Below are positions 56,810 through 64,000 of a stretch of DNA of 64,000 nucleotides, one piece after another (positions within the stretch are counted from its first letter, which is position 1; each line of letters begins with the position of its first letter). The notes beneath the pieces are model-generated. The model was not told the DNA's origin and made no database searches. It saw only the letters and a program-made list of their open reading frames with translations. The DNA comes from Candidatus Nanoarchaeia archaeon. Lineage in GTDB: Archaea; Nanobdellota; Nanobdellia; Pacearchaeales; GW2011-AR1. The stretch covers positions 1,262-65,261 of the forward strand of contig DASZSY010000036.1 of NCBI GenBank assembly GCA_035548435.1, given 5' to 3'. A program made the position numbers and the translations under genes.

Positions 56810-57841
56810 ATGAGATTCTTACCCCATTTAGAACCTGAAGGAGTTTCTTTGAAACAAAAAATTGATTTAAAGGATAGAAAAATACTTTATCATTTAAGTG
56901 AGAATGCAAGAATGCCTGCTTCCTCTATTGCAAAATTGACGGGACTATCAAGAGACAGCGTTTTATATAGAATGAAAAAATTAGAGGAAAAGAAAATAAT
57001 TAACTGTACTAGAACTTTAGTTGATGTTTCAAAATTGGGCTATGAAAACTTCCATCTTTTTGTGACCTTGAATAACCCTGAGAAACACATTGAAGATAAA
57101 ATTGTTAAAGAATTGTCTGGGCATGAATCTGTCAGAGTAATATTAAAATTCCATGGGAGCTATGACTTCGAGATAGGATTCATTGCAAAAGATTTGCATG
57201 AATGTGATAAAATAATGCAGGATTTAGTAAATATTATGGGTTCAAATTTAAGGTATCATGATTTATTTATAATTACTAAAACTTTGAGAGCAGGCGCTTT
57301 TCCTAATAGTTTTTTTGATAAATCAAATATTAAAAGAGAGCTGAGAAAAAACCAATTTTCCAAGGAAATTTCTAAATTGGATAAAAAAGATTTAGATTTA
57401 TTGAATTCATTAAGAGAAGATGCTCGCGTTCCTTTAATTGATATAGCAAAAAAATTGAAAATCTCTCCAGATAGCGTTTCCTATAGGCTTAGAGCTCTGG
57501 AGAAGTCTGGAGTAATCATCTCCTATTCTCCTGTGATTAATTACTCTGCTTTAGGCTACAGGGTTCATGCATTAATGTTTTCTATAAAACAATTTAATTC
57601 TGATAGGGAAAATATGATAAAGCGATTTATGGAATCTAATCCTCATGTCCTTTGGGCTGTTAAAACCCTTGGAAGATATGATGTGCTGCTTTATCTTTGT
57701 ACGGAAAGCGAAGAAGATTTTCATTCTTTTATATCTGAATTGAGAAAATTATTTCCAGAACAATTATTGCGTTATGATTCTCTACATGCATTTGCAGAAT
57801 ACAAGTATTTGTATGCTCCAGATGTTATTTTTAAAAATTAG
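56810..57841 (+). CDS. tandem (fused) Lrp/AsnC-family transcriptional regulator
   Basis: Two AsnC-type helix-turn-helix segments (DRKILYHLSENARMPASSIAKLTGLSRDSVLYRM; DLDLLNSLREDARVPLIDIAKKLKISPDSVSYRL), each followed by a RAM-like domain. Confidence 0.6.
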   Translation: MRFLPHLEPEGVSLKQKIDLKDRKILYHLSENARMPASSIAKLTGLSRDSVLYRMKKLEEKKIINCTRTLVDVSKLGYENFHLFVTLNNPEKHIEDKIVKELSGHESVRVILKFHGSYDFEIGFIAKDLHECDKIMQDLVNIMGSNLRYHDLFIITKTLRAGAFPNSFFDKSNIKRELRKNQFSKEISKLDKKDLDLLNSLREDARVPLIDIAKKLKISPDSVSYRLRALEKSGVIISYSPVINYSALGYRVHALMFSIKQFNSDRENMIKRFMESNPHVLWAVKTLGRYDVLLYLCTESEEDFHSFISELRKLFPEQLLRYDSLHAFAEYKYLYAPDVIFKN

Positions 57842-58851
57842 AGGGTAGTTACTATAACCTTTCCGTCTTTAATCAATATGGTATGTTCACTTTGAGCTAC
57901 AATTCCATTTCCCTGTTCAACAAGCATAGGATACTGGTGAAGGATTCCTGCCTGTTCTATTTGTTTTAATGCAATGAGTGCACGAGTTCCAAATTTTTTT
58001 ACAAGCCATCTACTTGAGAAAGGTAGGCTTATGTATTCTTCAGCAATAAAAGTTAAAACTTCTCTTGCAAATGAGTCTCTAACTGAACCTGCTTTTTGCA
58101 CGGCATATATTCCAGACATTCTGCTATCTCTAACTGAACCTGATCCATTTGTAACGAAAGGTTCTATTGCAAATAGGCCCTCTTCCATCTTGTGTGGTTG
58201 CTTAGTGTCATAGTTTGGAACCATCATACCTGCATGAAGGTCATAATGTTCAATCGAGTGTCCTGAAAGATTATGTATTGGAAGAAAGTTTTCTTTCTTT
58301 GTGGTGTTTTCTATTGTTTTTCCAATTTCTCCAAGGGAAATCTCTGCATTCACTATTTTAAGTGCATTTGACAAAGAATCTTGAGAATTTTTTATCAACT
58401 TTTTATTTAATTCAGAGTTTTCAAGATCTACTGAAACGGCCGTATCTGCAATCCATCCCTGAATATGAACTCCAAGGTCTATTTTCAAAAGGCCAAAGGC
58501 AACTCTCTTATCGTCATGTGAAGGTGTGTCGTGTGCAGCTACTTCGTTAATTGAAAGATTTACTGGGAATGCCGGTTTTCCACCAAGTTCAATTATCTTC
58601 GATTCTATTTTTTCAGCCAACTCTAGAAGAGGAACGCCTTTTTTTGCTATTGATAGAGCATATGCTCTAGCTTGAGAAGCTATTTGTCCTGCTTTAATTA
58701 TTTCAGAATATCCTTCAAATTCCATTTTAGTATTCTTTTCTTGAGGTTTATCTTTCTTTTGTTTTTGTTCAATATTTGTTTGTTTTATAGGTTTTACTTT
58801 TGTATTCTTAGCTCCAAAGGAAGAACTTCCACCGTAGTGTTTTTCAGTCAT
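57838..58851 (-). CDS. map: methionine aminopeptidase type 2 (archaeal MetAP) with a Lys-rich N-terminal extension
   Basis: Pita-bread fold motifs (FPVNLSINEVAAH, DLGVHIQGWIADTA, HSIE); the true start may be an internal ATG about 42 codons in. Confidence 0.7.
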   Translation of the reverse strand: MTEKHYGGSSSFGAKNTKVKPIKQTNIEQKQKKDKPQEKNTKMEFEGYSEIIKAGQIASQARAYALSIAKKGVPLLELAEKIESKIIELGGKPAFPVNLSINEVAAHDTPSHDDKRVAFGLLKIDLGVHIQGWIADTAVSVDLENSELNKKLIKNSQDSLSNALKIVNAEISLGEIGKTIENTTKKENFLPIHNLSGHSIEHYDLHAGMMVPNYDTKQPHKMEEGLFAIEPFVTNGSGSVRDSRMSGIYAVQKAGSVRDSFAREVLTFIAEEYISLPFSSRWLVKKFGTRALIALKQIEQAGILHQYPMLVEQGNGIVAQSEHTILIKDGKVIVTTL

Positions 58852-59297
58852 CTGTTTATCCTCCTATTCTTGGGAACGTAATTGAATATAACCTTTCCGT
58901 TAGATTTTCCGCATCCTAGGAAATAATCGTTGAATTTTATTACCACTACACCAGATTGAGTTTCAATATTCAAGTCTTTACCTCTCATCCAGTCGTTTGC
59001 TTGTTCTTCAGTTATCTCTACAACGTTTTTTGTTATTTGATCTTCAAATAGATATATTGAATCTAAACTTATTCTATAGGTGTCTTCTTTCTTTACTGCA
59101 TATAGTCCAATTAGCTCTATTCTACAAATCTTGTCAAGTTCAATTAATTGTTCACGTGTTAAACTTCCTGTGAACAGTCTTGTTTTCTCTCTGCCTGCTT
59201 CTATTAACATGCCTGGAATTTTTTTAATTCCAAATTGATTTTCAAGGTCAGTTATTACTTGTTTTTTCTCTCCTGCAGGAAGGAAATGAGTTCTCAT
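58848..59297 (-). CDS. Nip7-like PUA-domain RNA-binding protein
   Basis: GVVVIKFNDYFLGCGKS resembles the Nip7 C-terminal PUA region; overlaps the upstream NSUN gene by 4 nt. Confidence 0.45.
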   Translation of the reverse strand: MRTHFLPAGEKKQVITDLENQFGIKKIPGMLIEAGREKTRLFTGSLTREQLIELDKICRIELIGLYAVKKEDTYRISLDSIYLFEDQITKNVVEITEEQANDWMRGKDLNIETQSGVVVIKFNDYFLGCGKSNGKVIFNYVPKNRRINR

Positions 59298-60271
59298 TGT
59301 TCTATCTCCTTTTCTCTTATTTCTTCTAAAAGTTTTATCTTGGCTACAAAGAAACCCTCAGAGTCATTATCTTGAGGATATATTCTATGCGCGTTTTTTA
59401 CCTGTTCGTCGTATTTTTCTCCATTCCACTGCGTAACTCCAGGTCTTGTTTTCAAGGGAAGAGATATTTTTTCTATTTTAATTGGAAAGTTTTTTATTGC
59501 AAAATCAAGAACTTCTTCATTTTCTTCTGGTGCATGTGTACACGTTGAATAAACTAGTTCTCCACCAACTTTTAGGACTTTAAGGGCGTTGGCGATCATC
59601 TTTTTTTGCATTCTTGAAAGAGATTTAATCATTTTTGGATTCCACATAAGAAATGTTTTTGCACTACTTCTTAGAGTTCCTTCTCCAGAACAGGGAACGT
59701 CAAGCAAAATTTTATCGAACTTCATATCAGTTTTTTGAAATCTTTGACAAAGCTGAACTCCATCCATCCTAGTAATTACAGTGTTGGAGCAACCGCAGCG
59801 TTCAAGGTTTGATGCAAGAATTATTATTCTGTCCATCTTAAAGTCATTCGTTATTAAAGTTCCTTGATTTTCCATGCTTGCAGAAAGTTGAGTTGATTTA
59901 CTTCCAGGAGAGGCACACATGTCGAAAACTAACTCTCCTGCTTTAGGCTTGAGAGCAACTCCGGACATCATACTTGATATTTCCTGTACATAATAATATC
60001 CTAAAACATGTTCAATTGAACTTCCCAAATCTCCAGGCCCTAATTTAGAATTTATAAGCATTATTTCAGGATTTTCCTTGAAAGGTTGTATTACTTCCCA
60101 CTTCTTGTTTAACTTTTCCATTAGCTTCTCAGGAGTTATTTTAAGAGTGTTGCAACGAATGAAATTTCTTGGAATTTTGTGAATTATTTCTTGAAATTCT
60201 TCAAAGTCTTTGCTATCTTTAAGTAATAATTGCATTCTATCTTTGAATAGAGGTTTAAGTTCAGGTTTCAT
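59294..60271 (-). CDS. NOL1/NOP2/Sun-family RNA (m5C) methyltransferase
   Basis: VFDMCASPGSKSTQ SAM motif, DVPCSGEG and TCT catalytic cysteines. Confidence 0.8.
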   Translation of the reverse strand: MKPELKPLFKDRMQLLLKDSKDFEEFQEIIHKIPRNFIRCNTLKITPEKLMEKLNKKWEVIQPFKENPEIMLINSKLGPGDLGSSIEHVLGYYYVQEISSMMSGVALKPKAGELVFDMCASPGSKSTQLSASMENQGTLITNDFKMDRIIILASNLERCGCSNTVITRMDGVQLCQRFQKTDMKFDKILLDVPCSGEGTLRSSAKTFLMWNPKMIKSLSRMQKKMIANALKVLKVGGELVYSTCTHAPEENEEVLDFAIKNFPIKIEKISLPLKTRPGVTQWNGEKYDEQVKNAHRIYPQDNDSEGFFVAKIKLLEEIREKEIEQ

Positions 60272-60321
60272 TATTTTGATAACGGCGGCTGATTTTTAAA
60301 CTATAGTATGCTCTTGCTGCA

Positions 60322-60666
60322 ATGGCAAAGGGAAGTGCAGTTATGCATCATATAAGTGTTAGGAAAAGAATACATGAAAGAAATGAAGTTTATCCTCATC
60401 CTCAGATATTTAAGAGAATTATAGACAAAACGGTTTATTTTATAGGATTATTTGCTGTTTTAATTAGTATACCTCAGCTTTGGCAAATATGGCATTATCA
60501 AGATGCTTCTGGAGTTTCTGTTATAACCTGGGGATCTTATCTATTTATAGAGTTAATTTGGATAATGTATGGATTTTTACATAGAATTAAACCTATAATT
60601 TTTGCTTATTTTGCTATTTTTGTGGTTGACTTGTTTATAGTCATTGGAACCTTAATTTATAGTTAA
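60322..60666 (+). CDS. small 3-transmembrane membrane protein, possibly SemiSWEET/PQ-loop
   Basis: PQ motif in the first helix (ISIPQLWQIW), three hydrophobic helices in about 100 aa. Confidence 0.4.
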   Translation: MAKGSAVMHHISVRKRIHERNEVYPHPQIFKRIIDKTVYFIGLFAVLISIPQLWQIWHYQDASGVSVITWGSYLFIELIWIMYGFLHRIKPIIFAYFAIFVVDLFIVIGTLIYS

Positions 60667-60883
60667 ATTTTTTAAAATATTAAAAAAATTTTTTTGAAAA
60701 ATTTTCTTTTATATATTGCGCGCGAAATTTTTTTTTTGAAAATATCGAGGATTTTTTGCTATTTTTTCTTTTTTATATGATAATTAAGTATTTAGTTAAA
60801 TAATATCTTTTGTCTAAATAATATTGATAATTATTTTCATAATTGAACTAAATAAACAAAAAGCTTAAATACTTTCATTTTCT

Positions 60884-61507
60884 ATGGATGGTATGGAAAT
60901 TGATAGCTTCTTGACATTACCGAGGTGGAGAATTCTAGAAATTTTGTCTGCGCAACCTTCTTCCCCTATTGAAATTTCTGCTAAAATTAACACCTCAACT
61001 GCATATGTTAGTCAGCAGCTGAAGCTACTTGAGGCAGCCAACATTGTTAAAAAACATAAAACCGGGGCTGCAGACAAGGGAAAGCCTAGAGTGGTGTTTT
61101 CCATAGCTAAAGACATAGTTTATTTGACAATATTATCTGATAAATTTTCAACTAAAAAAGTAATTAGTATTGATGAGAAAAATAAAGTTATATTAAGAAT
61201 CTGGTTGGTTGATGACGTACATTTAAGACATTCTTTGGAGAAAGCCTATTGGCTTGTAGAAAAGAATCTTGATGATATCCAGGCAATTTATTTAGATCAA
61301 AGTGGAAAGAAGCCAGTTTTTGTTATTTTGACTGAATCTGATAAACTTAAGGCAAAACTCAATCTTATTTTCAAAGAAGGAGCAGAAGATTTAGATATAT
61401 CTATCAAAAATCCAGAATCTTGGAAGCGCTCTGAAAACCTCATTGTTCTCTATGAATCTAATTCATCAATGAACGAAATAAAAATGAAAGGAGGTATAGC
61501 CAAATGA
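60884..61507 (+). CDS. winged-helix (ArsR-like) transcriptional regulator with an uncharacterised C-terminal domain
   Basis: RWRILEILSAQPSSPIEISAKINTSTAYVSQQLKLL helix-turn-helix. Confidence 0.45.
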   Translation: MDGMEIDSFLTLPRWRILEILSAQPSSPIEISAKINTSTAYVSQQLKLLEAANIVKKHKTGAADKGKPRVVFSIAKDIVYLTILSDKFSTKKVISIDEKNKVILRIWLVDDVHLRHSLEKAYWLVEKNLDDIQAIYLDQSGKKPVFVILTESDKLKAKLNLIFKEGAEDLDISIKNPESWKRSENLIVLYESNSSMNEIKMKGGIAK

Positions 61508-62301
61508 TTAGTAACAAATTTAACTTTTTATTAAGTATAACTTTACTTATTGCAGTTTTGTCATTCATGCCTCTTGCACTTGCAGATCCTAATGGAGCTA
61601 AAGTTGTGAATGGAACTTCAAGTTCAGCAGCAGTAGACTCAACACCAGATGGAAACAATGCAATTGCAGGAAATGTAACAGAATTAACAATTTCAGGAAC
61701 AGTTACAACTCAAGCTTGGCAGGGATACTTCGGAAATGTATCTGGAGTAGTTAGACTTGCAAATTCTGCAGGACAAGCTATGTACAACTGGACTCAAGCA
61801 AGCCCCCAGGGAGAAGTTTATGCTTCTACCAACAGTACAGTTTATTGGACAAATATCCAATGCTTTAACTTTACAGCAGTTGGAGATTACACTTCAGAGA
61901 CTGGAAATGGAGGAACAACAAGCCTTTACGGTACTAATTTGACTCAGTTGCAAGCTCAATATGGAATTACAGCAGGAGATGCTGATACAGTTAATGGTAC
62001 ATTTAACTTAATTGGAGCTGGAACACACGATGCATTTTTCACAGCAAGTCAAGACTTCGCTGAAGGAGAATGTCAAAGTACAAGAGTTTATGATGATACT
62101 GGAGCTGGAGTTGCCAATAAGTTTGAAGAAGTTCTTCTTTACGAGCCAGATAGTGCTAGCGTAGTCTTCGCTTCCCTTTTAGAACAGGATGCGGATGGAT
62201 TTGACGCTGGAACACACGACTTTGAAATGCTTGTACTTGAGAATGGTCATGGAGTCGATGTTGCATCAACACCATACTACTTCTTCGTAGAGCTGCAATA
62301 A
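61504..62301 (+). CDS. secreted acidic Thr/Gly/Ala-rich protein (signal peptide), putative surface protein
   Basis: Sec-type signal MISNKFNFLLSITLLIAVLSFMPLALA; numerous N-x-S/T sequons. Confidence 0.5.
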   Translation: MISNKFNFLLSITLLIAVLSFMPLALADPNGAKVVNGTSSSAAVDSTPDGNNAIAGNVTELTISGTVTTQAWQGYFGNVSGVVRLANSAGQAMYNWTQASPQGEVYASTNSTVYWTNIQCFNFTAVGDYTSETGNGGTTSLYGTNLTQLQAQYGITAGDADTVNGTFNLIGAGTHDAFFTASQDFAEGECQSTRVYDDTGAGVANKFEEVLLYEPDSASVVFASLLEQDADGFDAGTHDFEMLVLENGHGVDVASTPYYFFVELQ

Positions 62302-62364
62302 AAAGATATATATTTATTGATTTTATTATTTTATAATGTTTGATAGGGAAAGAGAGGAAGAAAA

Positions 62365-63441
62365 GTGATACTGCTAGTAATAAACGTCCTAGTTTTATTA
62401 GCAGTTATTCTCTTTTTTGTAAAAGGTGCTGTTATTAATTATAGGAAGCACAGAGAATTTTCTTATCTTGAAATATTCTTAGCTTTCTTGGCATTTGTTT
62501 GTGCATTTCTCAATACTTTCTGGATTTTTGGAGTTTATTCTTACAGTACTAGCGATTTACTAACGCTCATTAATCTTTCAGCAGTGCTACAGGCAGTAAT
62601 CTTTTATTTTTTTGCTAGAATCTTCAAGAAAAATACTTTATCTAATATTACCTTATTTCTGTATATTTCTAGCTTAATTTTAATTTTTATATCTCCTCTT
62701 AATTTTAGACCTTTCTCAATAATACTTTCTTTCTTCTTTATGCTGCTGATGTTTACAAATTTGCTTGATTCAGTAAACCAGAATGTTAAAAGAATAGGAT
62801 ATGTAGGTATTTTGTATGCAGGAATATCTGTAATTCTTTTCTTTTTGTATATGTTTGGAATAGATAATCTTTCTTTATTTAACTTGATTTCTAACTTTGT
62901 ATTACTTTTAGTTGCAATGCTTTCTTCTATGGAGATTATTGAACTTCCTAAAAGCTTGAAGTTGGCGCGAGACGATTATTCTGTCTTTTTGGTTTTTGTT
63001 AGATATTTCATATTTATTCTAGCTTTTACAAACTTGGTTCTTATTGGGACTTTAGGATTACATGAATTCAGCCACGTACTTGTTGCTCGCTATTATGATT
63101 GTGATGCCCGAGCAATATTTTTTGAAAAAGGAATCTATCCCTACTCTGAAATAAATTGCACGAATTTGGCAGGTAAAAATATGATTGCTCTTGCAGGACC
63201 AGTTTTACCTATACTTTTAGCTATGATTTTATTTTTTGTTGAAAATTCAATTACCCGGGCTGTTGCTTTACTTGCAATAGGATTTAATCTAGTATCGGGG
63301 TATCAGGACTTCAAGGGAGTTGGAATTTCAGATAGCATAATTTTAGTTTTCACTTTATTTGGAATCTTTTTGCTTGTTTTGGGTGTTGTTGATCTTGCAA
63401 AGTTTATATTCAAGAGACAGATTAATACTCCTCAGCACTAA
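62365..63441 (+). CDS. polytopic membrane protein with a C-terminal M50/site-2-protease-like HExxH domain
   Basis: Roughly 8 hydrophobic helices; HEFSHVLVA in a membrane helix and downstream LAGP motif as in the S2P family. Confidence 0.45.
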   Translation: MILLVINVLVLLAVILFFVKGAVINYRKHREFSYLEIFLAFLAFVCAFLNTFWIFGVYSYSTSDLLTLINLSAVLQAVIFYFFARIFKKNTLSNITLFLYISSLILIFISPLNFRPFSIILSFFFMLLMFTNLLDSVNQNVKRIGYVGILYAGISVILFFLYMFGIDNLSLFNLISNFVLLLVAMLSSMEIIELPKSLKLARDDYSVFLVFVRYFIFILAFTNLVLIGTLGLHEFSHVLVARYYDCDARAIFFEKGIYPYSEINCTNLAGKNMIALAGPVLPILLAMILFFVENSITRAVALLAIGFNLVSGYQDFKGVGISDSIILVFTLFGIFLLVLGVVDLAKFIFKRQINTPQH

Positions 63442-63512
63442 AATTCATTAATTTTCTGTTTTATTATCGGCATTTTAACAAGATTTATATATTATCTAAA
63501 GGTTACAGCTAA

Positions 63513-64000
63513 ATGAACAAGAGGTTGATGTTTTTGTTGTTTGCCTGTCTAATATCTTTTATACAAATTACTAGTTTTGTTAGTTCTGCAGACGAAGATT
63601 ATAGTTATATTATAGCCAATTCAAATGACTGGAAAGATACATATTCTATATTACATTATTCAAATTTAAAAGAAATCTCTAGTGATTTTCTTGTTGGGCA
63701 GAATGATGGGCCTTTATTGGTTAAGGACCTAAATAAGGCAAATATTGTTAGAGTTATGTCTTCAAGGGACAATAATTTTATCATAAACTATGACGGTTAT
63801 TTGAAAGATCAGGATTTCAATGGAGCTTTTGAGACCACTTTCAAGGATGCAAATCTTGAGCTTATTGATGAGCTACCGGAAATAAATAATTTCATTATAG
63901 TAAATAATCAGTATGGATATAACGGTATTGCTGTTGCACCATATGCTGTTTTAAATAAGTCTTGGGTTTTTTTTGCTAGCAGAGCAAATATTGCTGAAAT
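63513..64000 (+). CDS. secreted hypothetical protein, 3'-truncated at the window edge
   Basis: Signal peptide MNKRLMFLLFACLISFIQITSFVSSA; open reading frame runs to the window end. Confidence 0.35.
   Translation, partial: MNKRLMFLLFACLISFIQITSFVSSADEDYSYIIANSNDWKDTYSILHYSNLKEISSDFLVGQNDGPLLVKDLNKANIVRVMSSRDNNFIINYDGYLKDQDFNGAFETTFKDANLELIDELPEINNFIIVNNQYGYNGIAVAPYAVLNKSWVFFASRANIAE

Noticed and set aside
101-62000. Numerous 60-130 aa antisense/shadow ORFs in the six-frame track (e.g. 101-322-, 2241-2498-, 18935-19327-, 28744-29010+, 29251-29742+, 29830-30534+, 40491-40851-, 41036-41684+, 52321-52755-, 53980-54372-, 55186-55599+)
   Set aside because: All lie fully inside longer, well-supported genes on the opposite strand or frame, have Ser/Leu/Phe-rich composition typical of AT-rich shadow frames, and lack start-codon context.
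1-64000. CRISPR arrays, cas genes, transposases, integrases, prophage genes
   Set aside because: No regularly spaced direct repeats of 25-40 nt and no ORF with a transposase/integrase/Cas signature were seen. The only dispersed repeat is the ~70-nt element at 25876, 48396 and 48520.

Overview
Low-GC (about 30-35%) archaeal chromosome segment, gene-dense on both strands. Archaeal hallmark genes are present: MCM helicase, aRF1 with NIKS and GGQ motifs, aIF2-beta, TFS/RpoM, Sec61-beta, NAC-alpha, ribosomal protein L15e, archaeal-type ProRS, GatD/GatE, an aDim2-like KH protein, a Nip7/NSUN pair, and a tRNA-Lys with a bulge-helix-bulge intron. Many genes carry a clear GGAGG-type ribosome-binding site and several have a TATA box about 25 nt upstream of the start codon. 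This is consistent with a small-genome (DPANN-like) archaeon. Content is mostly housekeeping: four aminoacyl-tRNA synthetases (Pro, Val, Met, plus a YbaK editing factor), two amidotransferases (GatCAB and GatDE), FtsZ, MinD, CDC48, topoisomerase IA, a gap-pgk pair, IMPDH, MetAP2 and signal peptidase. There are five tRNAs: Arg-TCG, Asn-GTT, Lys-CTT with intron, Gly-CCC and Ile-GAT. I found no rRNA, CRISPR array, transposase or integrase. Most interesting: (1) a compositionally atypical 3-4 gene cassette at about 8.7-11.4 kb encoding an unknown protein, a divergent Fic/Doc-fold protein with a degenerate active-site motif, and a SAM methyltransferase, where the first two genes share an almost identical palindromic operator upstream of their TATA boxes; (2) a conserved ~70-nt palindrome-containing element in 2.5 copies, sitting upstream of tRNA-Asn and tfs; (3) bacterial-type genes in an archaeal background (class I GAPDH in a gap-pgk pair, MnmA, GatCAB); (4) operator-like palindrome arrays in front of several uncharacterised genes; (5) an AT-rich homopolymer-rich intergenic region with a 23-aa ultra-basic mini-ORF. 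All calls are from reading the sequence; none were checked against a database.
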